From: an uncultured Anaerolineaceae bacterium
GTDB taxonomy: Bacteria; Chloroflexota; Anaerolineae; Anaerolineales; E44-bin32
Assembly (NCBI GenBank): GCA_964528155.1
Contig: CAZGRL010000007.1
Span: 8,613 to 72,612, forward strand
Reading direction: 5' to 3'
DNA length: 64,000 nt
Shown in pieces: positions 36,505 to 46,507 of the stretch. Under the pieces are notes generated by a model. That model was given only the letters and a program-made list of their open reading frames with translations, was not told the origin of the DNA and made no database searches. Position numbers and translations under genes: made by a program. Each line of letters starts with the position of its first letter. Position 1 is the stretch's first letter.

Positions 36505-37392
36505 CTAGCCCGAAAGGCTCCCCAGGCTCAAGCCCTCCTGCCAGTAGCGCTGCAGGAACAAGAAGGCGATCATCACCGGTACGATCGCCACCACCGAACC
36601 GGTGATGACAAGGATGTACAACACCTGAGAGACCCCCGGTTGAGAAGCCAGCGAGTTCCAGTATGCAAGGCCCACCGTAAGCAGGTATAGATCCGACCTG
36701 CTCAGCAGGAGCAGCGGCAGGAAGTAGTTGTTCCAGGCACCCACAAAGGCAAACAGCAGCACAGTCACGTAGCCGGGCGCCATCAAGCGGAAGGCGACCG
36801 TGGCGAAAATACGGAACTCACCGGCACCATCGACGCGGGCGGCGTCGATCAATTCCAGGGGTACCGCTTGTTCGGCGTAGATCCGCATCAGATAAACCCC
36901 GAAGGGATAAACCAAAGCCGGCAGGATCACCGCCAGGAGCGTGTTCGATAGGCCGCTCTTGCTCATCATCAGGAATAGCGGGACAGCGAAAACCGTTACC
37001 GGGACGAATACTGATGCCAACACGAGGCCGAACAATAGATTCCGGCCCGGGAACCGATACACCGCGAGGGCGTAGCCCGCCAGTGCGGCGATCAAGGACG
37101 CGCCCACCGCACTGCAGGCTGCGTAGATGGCCGTGTTGCGCATCCAGAGCACGAAATCCCCATTATCGTAGGCAAACAGGTCTTTGAGGTTTTGAATGAG
37201 GTTGAATTCTTTCCCGAACCAGAATCCGAACGTTGAGAAGAGACCTGCGTTTGTCTTGGTGCTGGAGATCAAGAGCCAGACCAGCGGGACCATGAAGTAG
37301 CCCAGAAACATCACCATCAAGGCGTATGTCAGCCTGCCATTTGCCCGCGGGCGAGCCTTGTAGTGCTCCGCAAACTCCGTCTTGGCTGTCAT
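36505..37392 (-). CDS. Carbohydrate ABC transporter permease (CUT1, MalG-like)
   Basis: LIDAARVDGAGEFRIF EAA-like motif, AWNNYFLPL, multiple TM segments; start ATG 37392. Confidence 0.93.
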   Translation of the reverse strand: MTAKTEFAEHYKARPRANGRLTYALMVMFLGYFMVPLVWLLISSTKTNAGLFSTFGFWFGKEFNLIQNLKDLFAYDNGDFVLWMRNTAIYAACSAVGASLIAALAGYALAVYRFPGRNLLFGLVLASVFVPVTVFAVPLFLMMSKSGLSNTLLAVILPALVYPFGVYLMRIYAEQAVPLELIDAARVDGAGEFRIFATVAFRLMAPGYVTVLLFAFVGAWNNYFLPLLLLSRSDLYLLTVGLAYWNSLASQPGVSQVLYILVITGSVVAIVPVMIAFLFLQRYWQEGLSLGSLSG

Positions 37393-37396
37393 CACA

Positions 37397-38338
37397 CTAC
37401 CGCTCCCTGCGAGTTGCGACCAAGACCAGCGAGGCCAGGATCGCCGATACGAGCGCCAGGGTAAAGGCCATCGCTCCCGCGTACTCGAACTGGGCGTTAC
37501 GGAACGCGGTGTTGTAGAGATAGACGTTCGGCGTGAAGTGCAGATTGACGACGGACGGGGCAACTACGGTCAGGACGTTTGGTTCATTGAAGAGTTGCAG
37601 CGTGCCGATGACCGAGAATATCATGGTCAGCGTGATCGCCGGCCAGACCATCGGGATGCGAATATGCCAGGAAACCTGCCAATCGCTGGCGCCATCGACT
37701 CGAGCCGCGTCGTAGATCTCGGCAGGAATGGCCTTTAGCGCAGCATAGATGATCAGCATGTTGTAGCCGGTGTACTGCCATGTGGAGATGTTGGCGATGG
37801 CGGGGATGATGCCCCTCGCCGTGAGAAACACAGGCGGCTGCAGATTCAACGCGGTAGCAATCTGGGCAATGGGCCCAAATCCCTGTCCGTAGAGGTATCC
37901 CCAGACCAGCGCCGCTACGACGCTCGGCACCGCAAACGGCAGGAAGTAACCCAGACGAAAGACGGTCAGACGCCGGATGATCTTCGCGTCCAGCACAACC
38001 GCAAAGGCCAGGGCCAGCCCGAGCATCACCGGGATCTGCAACGCGCCAAAGATCAGCACGTTGCGTATCCCCTCCCAGAAAAAGGCATCCTGCAAGACTT
38101 TGCCGTAGTTGGCAAGCCCGACGAATGTCAGCCCACCGATGATTTGCTTCCGGTACAGACTCGAGGCAAAGGAGTAGACCAGGGGATAGATCATGAAGGC
38201 GACGTACCCAATAAGGAAGGGCAACAGGAACAGGAAAGGTGTGGCACCCCTCTTAACCCGCCGCCACGAAAACCGCCTTGGCGAATAGCGCCCCTCGTCA
38301 GCCGGTGACTTTGACCCAGACACTCCAACGAGGGACAT
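37397..38338 (-). CDS. Carbohydrate ABC transporter permease (CUT1, MalF-like)
   Basis: FVGLANY, PFAVPSVVAALVW, WQYTGYNM, IYDAARVDGA, LQLFNEP; AGGAGG before ATG 38338. Confidence 0.93.
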   Translation of the reverse strand: MSLVGVSGSKSPADEGRYSPRRFSWRRVKRGATPFLFLLPFLIGYVAFMIYPLVYSFASSLYRKQIIGGLTFVGLANYGKVLQDAFFWEGIRNVLIFGALQIPVMLGLALAFAVVLDAKIIRRLTVFRLGYFLPFAVPSVVAALVWGYLYGQGFGPIAQIATALNLQPPVFLTARGIIPAIANISTWQYTGYNMLIIYAALKAIPAEIYDAARVDGASDWQVSWHIRIPMVWPAITLTMIFSVIGTLQLFNEPNVLTVVAPSVVNLHFTPNVYLYNTAFRNAQFEYAGAMAFTLALVSAILASLVLVATRRER

Positions 38339-38368
38339 GCTCTTCCTCCTGGCAAATTCCACTCGATA

Positions 38369-38408
38369 AGACTACCGGGGCAATGTCTGGATGCTGCCCC
38401 GGTAGTCT
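38369..38408 (-). other. Intercistronic stem-loop after the binding-protein gene (probable mRNA stabiliser or partial terminator)
   Basis: 14-bp stem agactaccggggca / tgccccggtagtct between the SBP and permease genes. Confidence 0.55.
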
Positions 38409-38501
38409 GCACTACACCAACTTGCGTTGGGGAACGCCGCCCTGACAAATACTATTGCATCAGGGTCGCGTATCCATTGGCATACCCGGGATGGGCCACA
38501 G

Positions 38502-39869
38502 TCATGGCGTGGTGACCGTGAAGCCCTGATCCTGAGCATACGATACACATTGATCCTGCAAGGTCTGCATCGCCTGCTCGAAAGTGACCGAGCCAGCGCG
38601 GACCTGAGTCAGAAGGTCGGCATAGGTCGTGTACACAAAGCTCGTGAACGGGCTCCACCCAAATTCGGGATCGACCTGCTTAGCCGCCTCTGCCATGACC
38701 TGATGGATCGCCTGCCCGCTCCAGTAATCATACGGCACATCTGACCACTGGGGATTCGCCAGCGTGTCCAGGGTGACAGGGAACAGCCCGGCCTTGTCGG
38801 GGTTGGTGAGCTCCAGGGTGGCCGTAGGGTCTGTGTTCAGCCATCGAGCGAACTCAGCCGCTTCTTGCGGATGTGCGCTGGCCTTCGTCACGGCGATGGT
38901 CGATCCGCCGTAGTTGCCGTTCACCTTGCCGCCCGCCGTCCATTGCGGCATGAGATAGACTTTCCACTGCCCGGCGAAGTCCGGCCCATAGGAGGAGATG
39001 TACGTCCCCCACGCGCCGGCCTGCCAACAGGCGATGGTGCCGTTGCCCAGCGCGGCGTTCCAGTCGTCGGTGTAGGTGTCGATCGGGCTCAGCACACCGG
39101 CATCCATCATGTCGCCCCAGAGCTTGACAACGCGGGTTACCTCCGGCGAGGTGAAATCAATGGCAATGTTCGCGCCGTCTACGACGAATGGCCGCGCGCC
39201 GGATTGCCACAGCATGCCGAAGAACCATCCCTGATCCGCCGTGAAGTTGGACAGGTAGACATTCGCGTCGGCCTGGTGTAGATCTGCTGCAGCCTGGGCG
39301 AATTCATCCCACGTCGTCGGGACGCTGATGTTGTACTTTCCGAGTATTGCATCGTTGCAGAACATGACCATCGGCCCGGCATCTTGCGGGTATGCATAGA
39401 CACCGTCACCTTGCGAAACCTGCGACCACGTCCATGTGACGAATTGGTCCTTGACGTCGTTCGCCCCGAAGTCCGCCAGGTTTAGCAGCTCGTCTAGCAC
39501 GATGTAGCCGGGGAGGTGCTGGTATTCTATCTGGACCACGTCGGGTATGTCCGTGTTGGCCTGGATAGCCGTATTGAGCAGAGTATACTCGGCGTTACCT
39601 GCACCTGCGTTTCTGTAGTTGACAAAGATGTCGGGGTGCGACTGGTTCCACTCGTTGACCTGATCCTCAATGCTCGGCACCCACGACCAGAAGACGATCT
39701 CGACCGCTCCGGCCGGTGGAGCCTCCGTCGCGGCGGCCGGGGCCTCCGTCGCGGCGGCCGGAACTTCAGTGGCGGCGACCGGGGCGGCAGTCGGCGTGGC
39801 AGCCGGGGCGCAGGCTGCCATCAACAATAGTGCGGCAATCACGACAAGAAGGGTGATCTTTCTCTTCAT
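38502..39869 (-). CDS. Sugar ABC transporter substrate-binding lipoprotein
   Basis: MKRKITLL...LMAAC lipobox, ATEAP-repeat linker, IVFWSWVP, PDVVQIEY, YAYPQDAGP, PTTWDEF, GGSTIAVTKASAHP. Confidence 0.93.
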   Translation of the reverse strand: MKRKITLLVVIAALLLMAACAPAATPTAAPVAATEVPAAATEAPAAATEAPPAGAVEIVFWSWVPSIEDQVNEWNQSHPDIFVNYRNAGAGNAEYTLLNTAIQANTDIPDVVQIEYQHLPGYIVLDELLNLADFGANDVKDQFVTWTWSQVSQGDGVYAYPQDAGPMVMFCNDAILGKYNISVPTTWDEFAQAAADLHQADANVYLSNFTADQGWFFGMLWQSGARPFVVDGANIAIDFTSPEVTRVVKLWGDMMDAGVLSPIDTYTDDWNAALGNGTIACWQAGAWGTYISSYGPDFAGQWKVYLMPQWTAGGKVNGNYGGSTIAVTKASAHPQEAAEFARWLNTDPTATLELTNPDKAGLFPVTLDTLANPQWSDVPYDYWSGQAIHQVMAEAAKQVDPEFGWSPFTSFVYTTYADLLTQVRAGSVTFEQAMQTLQDQCVSYAQDQGFTVTTP

Positions 39870-39939
39870 CTTCTTCTCCTTCTGAGAGACGGATCGTACA
39901 GCGCGGCCAAGCTCGCCGAGTGCTCGGCAAGCTACCTGC

Positions 39940-39990
39940 ATTGTAGGGCAGCGCCCTCGGCGAGTCTTGTCGCAGAGCGGGACGTTTTTG
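39940..39990 (-). promoter_or_regulatory. Activator-dependent promoter of the ABC operon
   Basis: Minus strand: CAAAA-N16-CAAGA-N19-TACAAT. Confidence 0.65.
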
Positions 39991-40036
39991 GCCGTTTCCG
40001 AGACCCCGTCGCATCACGCTCAAGGACGGATTGCAG

Positions 40037-40087
40037 CAAGAACACCCATGTTCGTGACAAGACGGGAGGCGGCGCAGGTCCTAGAAT
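40037..40087 (+). promoter_or_regulatory. Activator-dependent promoter of the GH53 gene
   Basis: CAAGA (40037)-N16-CAAGA (40058)-N19-TAGAAT (40082); same spacing as the divergent promoter. Confidence 0.65.
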
Positions 40088-40199
40088 ACGGGCTGTGAGG
40101 CGGGGCCATGACGCCCAACGGGTTATCACCACTCAGCCTGCCACTCCCGTTCTCGGCGATAGCCTTGCAGCCGGCCTACGGAAGAGCGGGAGGGAGATT

Positions 40200-41237
40200 A
40201 TGACCGCTTCTCTTGCCATTTTGGGCGCCGATGTATCCTCTCTTCAACGCGCTCAGGACCTTGGCGCCGAGTACCGTGATGATGACCTAAGCCAACGCGA
40301 TCCCATGCTCATCCTGATCGATCATGGCGTGAATGCCATCCGCCTGCGTGTCTGGGTCGATCCCCCTCATGGCTACAACAACAAAGAGCGTGTCGCCGAG
40401 TTCGCTGCCCGGATGAAGGCCAAAGGACTGCTTCTGCTCATCGATCTTCACTACTCGGATACCTGGGCCGATCCGGGGCACCAGACCAGGCCGGCAGCCT
40501 GGGCCGATCACAGCTTCAGCCAGCTCCAGGCGGACGTGTACGACCACACCCTGGAGGTATGCGAACATCTGAAATCCCGCGGGGCGACGCCGAACATGGT
40601 CCAGATCGGCAACGAGATTAACAGTGGCATGTTGTGGCCTGAAGGCCATACCAATGAATGGGACGGACTGGCGGCGCTTCTCAAGCAGGGCTACGAAGCA
40701 GCCAAGGCTTGTTCAGCCTCGATTGATGTCATGCTTCACATCGCCAATGCCGGGGACGGGGTCGGGGCGCGCAAATGGTTCGACAATGCGAGAGCGCGTG
40801 GCGTGCCTTGGGATGTAGCCGGCCTGTCGTATTACTCCTACTGGCATGGCCCGATGGCAGCCATGACCGACACCGTCAGGGACCTGAAGACACACTACGG
40901 GAAACCTGTCGTGATCGCCGAGACCGCCTATCCATTCACACTCGGGGAGAATGACGGCGAGGACAACCTCATCCATGACCCCGGCCTGTTGACTCCCGGC
41001 TACCCGGCGAGCCCCATCGGTCAGAGCGACAATCTCAAAGCCGTATTGGCGGCTGCAGACTCAGGGGGAGCAGTGGGGGTCTTCTACTGGGAGCCAACCT
41101 GGACGGCTGTGAAGGGAAACGGCTGGGATCCGGCCAATCCCGAGTCGGGTGATCAGTGGGAGAACCAGGCGCTGTTCGACTTCGACCGCAGGTCCCTGCC
41201 GGCGTTGAGCGCGTTCAAGCCATGGAGCCAGCGGTGA
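40200..41237 (+). CDS. GH53 endo-beta-1,4-galactanase, no signal peptide
   Basis: ILGADVSSL, NAIRLRVWVDP, LIDLHYSDTWADPGHQ, VQIGNE (acid/base), VIAETAYPF (nucleophile), GVFYWEP, WENQALFDF. Confidence 0.93.
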   Translation: MTASLAILGADVSSLQRAQDLGAEYRDDDLSQRDPMLILIDHGVNAIRLRVWVDPPHGYNNKERVAEFAARMKAKGLLLLIDLHYSDTWADPGHQTRPAAWADHSFSQLQADVYDHTLEVCEHLKSRGATPNMVQIGNEINSGMLWPEGHTNEWDGLAALLKQGYEAAKACSASIDVMLHIANAGDGVGARKWFDNARARGVPWDVAGLSYYSYWHGPMAAMTDTVRDLKTHYGKPVVIAETAYPFTLGENDGEDNLIHDPGLLTPGYPASPIGQSDNLKAVLAAADSGGAVGVFYWEPTWTAVKGNGWDPANPESGDQWENQALFDFDRRSLPALSAFKPWSQR

Positions 41238-41279
41238 CCGACGGCCGGCTGAGGCCCGTTTGCCTCCACCGGCATCGTC

Positions 41280-44200
41280 TTAGTTTTGAGTTCTTCGCCG
41301 GTAGGCGCGCGGAGTCACGCCGATCTCGCGCTGAAAAGTGCGCGTGAAGTGCGCCCCGTCGGAGAAACCGACGGCGAGGGCGATCTGCGTGATGGAGAGA
41401 TCCGTGCTGGCGAGCATCTCACACGCCTGATGGATGCGATAGCGGCGCAGGTAGGTGATCGGGGTGATACCCAACTCCTGGCGGAAGCAGTCAGTCAGGT
41501 AGTCGGGACTGATGCCAACATGGCTGGCGATGTGTTCGCGGGAAAGCGACTCAGCATAGTGTGTGTGGATCCAACCCATCGCCTTACGCACGAGCCGTTG
41601 GGTTACACGCCCCAGGGTTTGTTGCCGGGCCAACGCCGCCTCGATGTGGTTTATCGTCTCGCTGGCACTGAACAAACCCTTGCCCAGGATGGCGGCGACA
41701 CCACGGTTGCAGCGTTCGAGATCAGCCTCGGATAATACACGACCAGTCAAGATGATTACAGGGATGTCTCGCGTCCCCTCGCGCTGCCGCAGGGCGTCGA
41801 GAACGCCGAAGCCGTCCATCTCGGGCATCATCAAATCGAGCAAGATAAGATCCGGCCGCGTGCCTTCCAGTACCTCAAGGGCCTCAAGACCGTTGCGCGC
41901 AGTAAGCGCCCGATAGTTGCCTTGTTCAACCAAACGACGGTGCATGTCGAGAATTCCCGGATCGTCGTCGACAATCAGGACTGCGGGCTGACCATCTCCG
42001 ATCCCACAATAACGGGCCAGCTCGCCGGCGATTTGGGTGGGCCGGAGCGGTTTGTGCAGGTAATTCAGTTCCATGAGCTCGCCTTGATCATGATCGATGT
42101 CCAGCGAATAGGCCACTACCGGGATGTTCTCGGTCGCCGGTTGTCGCTTTAGCATCCCGGTAATCGTCCAACCCTCGCGAGCCGCCAGGCCCTCTTCCAA
42201 GATCAAGGCTGCCGGCAGTCGAGTTGTGACGTTCGCCAGCCAATCGGGATCCCTGTCGACCCGACACACCTGAACCTCGAAGCCCCGCTCGCGCAGATTC
42301 GCGCAGAGCTGCTCTGTGGCCTGCGCGCCCTCCGACAGCACCATCACGATATTGCCTTGAGTTGCCAGAGGCACCGCAAGGTTGTCCTGCAATGCGTTGG
42401 CAGAGACGATCGGCAAGGTGAAGAAGAAGGTCGACCCGCTCCCGAGCAGGCCGGGCGAGCGCACACCGATCTTCCCCCCATGCTTCTCAACCAACTGTTT
42501 GGAGATCGTCAATCCCAGGCCCAGGCCGCCGTAGCCCGAGTCCAGCGAGCGCTCCGAGCGGTGGAACTCCTGAAAGATGGCCTCCTGCTCCGAGGGCGGT
42601 ACGCCGACCCCGGTGTCGCTGACCGAGATCGTAGCCCGCTGATCGGCGACTTCCATCGTAAGTGCCACTTCGCCGGTCGGAGTGAACTTGACCGCATTGG
42701 AGATAAGGTTCAGCGTAACCTGGCGCAGTCTCGTCCGGTCGCCGAGCACCCATGGACCAAGCCCTGGCAGTTGCGCACGCCACGTCAAGCCTCTCTCGCG
42801 CGCCAGTTGCTCGCCGATCTTGGCCGCCACACGCAGCACCTCGGCCAGGTCAAGTGGCTCACGCAGGATGCGCAACTGGCCGGCTTCACTGCTGGCCAGA
42901 TCAAGAACGTCGTTGATCAAGCGAGACAGATGTTGCGCACTTGTGCTTATCTGCCCGAGATCGCGCCTGGTTGCGCTGGGTAGCTCTGATTGCTCACGCA
43001 AGACCATTTCGCTGAGTCCCACGATCAGGCTCAGCGGGGTCCGCAACTCATGGCTGACCATAGACAGGAAGCGCGTCTTCAAGCGATTGGCCTGTTCGGC
43101 CAGTTTCCTACCCTCCAGAGCATCCCGGTACAAGTAGCTATTGCGCAGAGCAGATGCGAGGTTGTGCACGACCGCCGCGCACGGCTCGAGATCCGTCGAG
43201 CTGAATGCTATGAATCCATTCGTGTACTCATCGACGACCAGGGGCAGGATAGCCAGTTGAAGCACCGAGTCCGCCGGATACACCCCCGGAGGCGGGAACT
43301 CGCGTGTCACGAATTCGCCTTGCGCACCACCGTCTTTCAGACCCACCTCAAGGAGGACGTGGCTGCGCGACACCGGATCATCATCTCGCGAGGTAAACAC
43401 CGCGACCAGCGCGTGTTGGATGCCCAAATGCGGCAAGTGGTCCGCCAGGATCGCGGCGCTTTCGGAGACGTCCAGAGCTGCCAGCAACTGCGATGTCATC
43501 AACCCCAGTCGATTCGAGGTCGCCATGTGCCTCACCAGCGCTCCGCTCGTCTGGCGCTGCGCCAAGGCAGCTATGGCGAGGTGTGCCCCGTCGATCAATT
43601 CGCTCGCCATACTTGGGTCTGCCCGTGGCAGTGCATACATCAGGCCGGGCAAACCACCATGCAGCGCGGAGAGTGCCGAATGCCAGGCATTCGCGTCTTC
43701 CGCCTGCGCTTCTAGCCATTCGAGGAGTCGCTGCAACTCGTCGTTGAAGTAAGCCGGGGCAAGGTGCGTCACACTTGATACCAGCGATTCCACGAGGCCC
43801 AGGCACAGAGCCTGGATATCTTCCCGAGGCGTGTGCCGTAGTTCGGTGAAGGCTGCCTCTGCCATCACACGCGCCAGGTTGCCTCGGATGCTCTGCAGCT
43901 CTGCCGGCGAAGATTCGCCGAGAGGCGCAGCCCGCACACTGCCGAGGCGACAGCCACACGACTGGCGAACGATGAGCTGCGTCTCGACTCGCGCGTTGCT
44001 CTCTCCCGGCGCCTCGTCACAGATGGACTCGAGCACCGAGAGCACGGCTCGATATCCGAGCGTGAATGTCGGGTGGCGGACAGTTGTGAGTGGTGGAAGG
44101 TAAGATCGTGCTTCCAGGATGTCGTCGAAACCGACGACGGCCACATCCTCCGGAATGCTCAATCCCGAGGCCCTCAGTTCCTCCATAGCGCCCAGCGCCG

Positions 44201-44846
44201 ACAAGTCATTGCTGGCAAGCAGAGCAGTAAACGGCCCACCGGAGGCAAGGATACGCTGCATGGCGATCCGACCACCTTCGCGGCGATGCTCGCCAAATGC
44301 GATCAAACGCTCGTCTTCCTCAATTCCGGCACTGCACAGGGCTGCCCGGTACGCTGCCAGGCGCTCAGCGCTATCACCGCCGCGTCCGGATTTTCCGGCC
44401 ACAAAGGCGATCCTGCGGTGACCGTGCTCGAGAAGATGATCGAATGCCTGGCGAATCCCGCCGGCATTGTCCACGGCAACCATCCGGCCCGGCTTTTCAG
44501 CCGTGGTGAACACAACCGGATAGCCTGAGCGGATCAAGTCCTGCACGTAGTCGAATTGAGCGTCCGAGAAGTCGTCGGGGATGACGATCAGTCCATCGGT
44601 GTTCCATGGTCCTACCGGCACGAAGTCGACCCCGGCTCCAGGCACGGCCCAGACCGTCCGGCTGCCGCGCGGGCTGCCAGGAAGAGATATCCCACAACCC
44701 ATGAGCAGCCCGCAATTCTGCGCACTGGCTGCGGCGCGGATTCCCTGCAGCAGAGTATGTGTGTAGCTATCGATTGTTGTGCCTTCATAGACCGACCAGG
44801 TCGACAAGAAACCTATGATTGGTCGGGCATGACTCTTCAAGGGCAT
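41280..44846 (-). CDS. Cytoplasmic hybrid regulator: LacI-type sugar-binding domain, His kinase, degenerate REC, REC, AraC HTH
   Basis: VAVDNAGG, HGHRRIAFVAG, PEDVAVVGFDD, SHELRTPL, NLISNAVKFT, DTGVG, GLGLGL, GSTFFF, LLDLMMPEMDGF, YLTDCFRQELG, AVGFSDGAHFTRTF; start ATG 44846. Confidence 0.92.
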   Translation of the reverse strand: MPLKSHARPIIGFLSTWSVYEGTTIDSYTHTLLQGIRAAASAQNCGLLMGCGISLPGSPRGSRTVWAVPGAGVDFVPVGPWNTDGLIVIPDDFSDAQFDYVQDLIRSGYPVVFTTAEKPGRMVAVDNAGGIRQAFDHLLEHGHRRIAFVAGKSGRGGDSAERLAAYRAALCSAGIEEDERLIAFGEHRREGGRIAMQRILASGGPFTALLASNDLSALGAMEELRASGLSIPEDVAVVGFDDILEARSYLPPLTTVRHPTFTLGYRAVLSVLESICDEAPGESNARVETQLIVRQSCGCRLGSVRAAPLGESSPAELQSIRGNLARVMAEAAFTELRHTPREDIQALCLGLVESLVSSVTHLAPAYFNDELQRLLEWLEAQAEDANAWHSALSALHGGLPGLMYALPRADPSMASELIDGAHLAIAALAQRQTSGALVRHMATSNRLGLMTSQLLAALDVSESAAILADHLPHLGIQHALVAVFTSRDDDPVSRSHVLLEVGLKDGGAQGEFVTREFPPPGVYPADSVLQLAILPLVVDEYTNGFIAFSSTDLEPCAAVVHNLASALRNSYLYRDALEGRKLAEQANRLKTRFLSMVSHELRTPLSLIVGLSEMVLREQSELPSATRRDLGQISTSAQHLSRLINDVLDLASSEAGQLRILREPLDLAEVLRVAAKIGEQLARERGLTWRAQLPGLGPWVLGDRTRLRQVTLNLISNAVKFTPTGEVALTMEVADQRATISVSDTGVGVPPSEQEAIFQEFHRSERSLDSGYGGLGLGLTISKQLVEKHGGKIGVRSPGLLGSGSTFFFTLPIVSANALQDNLAVPLATQGNIVMVLSEGAQATEQLCANLRERGFEVQVCRVDRDPDWLANVTTRLPAALILEEGLAAREGWTITGMLKRQPATENIPVVAYSLDIDHDQGELMELNYLHKPLRPTQIAGELARYCGIGDGQPAVLIVDDDPGILDMHRRLVEQGNYRALTARNGLEALEVLEGTRPDLILLDLMMPEMDGFGVLDALRQREGTRDIPVIILTGRVLSEADLERCNRGVAAILGKGLFSASETINHIEAALARQQTLGRVTQRLVRKAMGWIHTHYAESLSREHIASHVGISPDYLTDCFRQELGITPITYLRRYRIHQACEMLASTDLSITQIALAVGFSDGAHFTRTFQREIGVTPRAYRRRTQN

Positions 44847-45444
44847 GGCGGTTGCGCTCTGTGGGGTTGGTCGATCATCGAATGGAGCAGCGCGCGAGGA
44901 GGTGGAGGGCGGATGGAACAGATCTGGTGGATGGCACACGCCGCGCTCTCGCAATCAGCATCATACCCACAATCTGCCTGGAACTCAAGCCGACCACTCG
45001 AGAGCATGCCCCCAGCGCCGGTCGGCGCCCGTCACAGGGCACCGACCTCGTCCCTCGACACGCTCCTTTGGAGAGCGGGCCTCCACCAGCTTGCATGCTC
45101 GGACCTGTACACCCCTCGACCGCCGGGGCGGGTCCAAAATCGGAGTGTCCTCATTCGGCGATATCTAGAGGGGCTTGCTGGGCCTGCCACCCGGCAAGGC
45201 CCTGCTGAGCGTATGTGGCCTGGTCCTAGCAGAACCGGCGGACCGAAAGGCACTCCGCTGGATGCTCAATCGATGCGACCGTCCCAGCGTCGGATCGAAT
45301 GTTGATCCAACATCCCGACCGACGATCAGACCGAGCAGCCCTCGCCTGATACGTCGGTGCGCCCCGCCACTGTTCTGCGGCTGTGCCATAATAGGCCAGG
45401 AGCTGGATGAAACCTCGCACGCCTGACCGTTGGGAGTTGCCAAG

Positions 45445-45906
45445 ATGTCCGCTGATGCTGAAATCGAAACCTTCCTCCGCCATCACCTCGAGTCGATCTT
45501 CTCCAACGACGTCGCCGGCTATCACGCCACAACGGTCGATGATCTGAGCCTGTATGAATGGTACGTCACACCGCAGCGGATCGACGGCCTCCCGTTCCAC
45601 GATTTCATGATGACCGAGTCCGGACGGGCAGATACAGCCGGGATGGCGCTCGACCCACACCCCACGGGCGGCGCTCCGGAAGACAAAGCCCGAGTGCGCT
45701 TCGATCTGGCGAACTACCGCGAGCAGCGCTACGGCAATACGGTCATTTGTTCCTACACCATGTTGATCTCCAAGGGCACCGCATCTGGGGTCAAAGTCCA
45801 GAGCTACAATGAGAGCCGCGTCCTGGTGGAGATTAGCGGTGCCTGGAAAGTCGTTCACGTTCACAAATCCCCGAGCTGGAACGCACCCTATCAGCCGCCG
45901 GATTGA
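45445..45906 (+). CDS. NTF2/SnoaL-like protein (CaMKII-association-domain-like)
   Basis: HHLESIFSNDVAGYH, YGNTVICSYTMLI, NESRVL...WKVVHVHKS. Confidence 0.75.
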   Translation: MSADAEIETFLRHHLESIFSNDVAGYHATTVDDLSLYEWYVTPQRIDGLPFHDFMMTESGRADTAGMALDPHPTGGAPEDKARVRFDLANYREQRYGNTVICSYTMLISKGTASGVKVQSYNESRVLVEISGAWKVVHVHKSPSWNAPYQPPD

Positions 45907-46093
45907 TCCATCCTGTTGGATCCTGTCAGAAGTGCATTCCAGCTTGAGGCACCTCTCGTGTGGGGTACGGTAAGGCGCGCGCTCCGCCGATTGGCCCCTG
46001 GGGGTGCCTTCCCACTACTTGTCCACTATCAAGATGAGTCGTCACTTTGCAGCAATCAAGCGTCCTTTTTCCATATGAACCAAGGGGCAGATG

Positions 46094-46222
46094 CCCCCAC
46101 CCCCAGCCCCTCCCACGCCCGGCGCCTTGACCGACGGTAGGTGTCGCCTTTGGCGGGGGAGGGGGATATTCTCAGAAATGAGAACGCAGGCGGCTATGCC
46201 GCCTGCGTTCTCATTTCTGAGA
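46094..46222. repeat. Composite element: C-rich/G-rich hairpin followed by a perfect 25-bp palindrome (46170-46222)
   Basis: cccccacccccagcccctcccacgcc...ggcgggggagggg, then tctcagaaatgagaacgcaggcggc-tat-gccgcctgcgttctcatttctgaga. Confidence 0.88.
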
Positions 46223-46308
46223 GCCCATGGTGCGGGGGGCGGCAAGGCGAAGCAGTGCTTGAAGTATGGACACCCGAGATGACGCGCTTGCTTGCGGGCT
46301 GGACCCGC

Positions 46309-46337
46309 TTGACATCGATCGCCTTTACTGCTAACTT
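46309..46337 (+). promoter_or_regulatory. sigma70 promoter of the lys operon
   Basis: TTGACA (46309-14), 17 nt, TGn-extended TAACTT (46332-37). Confidence 0.75.
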
Positions 46338-46346
46338 ATGCCCAAT

Positions 46347-46406
46347 ATGGCAACATTCAATCAGCCGGTGACGAAGAAGTCGAAGGGGATCAACACGACG
46401 GAGTAG
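46347..46406 (+). CDS. Putative lysine attenuator leader peptide MATFNQPVTKKSKGINTTE
   Basis: 19 codons just after the promoter with AAG AAG TCG AAG; not in the ORF track. Confidence 0.7.
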   Translation: MATFNQPVTKKSKGINTTE

Positions 46407-46442
46407 TCCGGCCTGTAGTACTTGCCTGTAACCGAAACACAA

Positions 46443-46468
46443 AACCCCGCCGGACAACCGGCGGGGTT
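46443..46468 (+). terminator. Attenuator hairpin upstream of lysW
   Basis: aaccccgccgg-acaa-ccggcggggtt; the 5' arm can alternatively pair with gtccggc (46406-46412); U-tract on + is weak. Confidence 0.6.
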
Positions 46469-46507
46469 CCGCTTAAGGAAAAAGTACGACGGAGAGGAGA
46501 AGTGACG

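Noticed and set aside
39721-39761. 20-nt tandem direct repeat
   Set aside because: Encodes the ATEAP linker of the lipoprotein; not CRISPR or a mobile element
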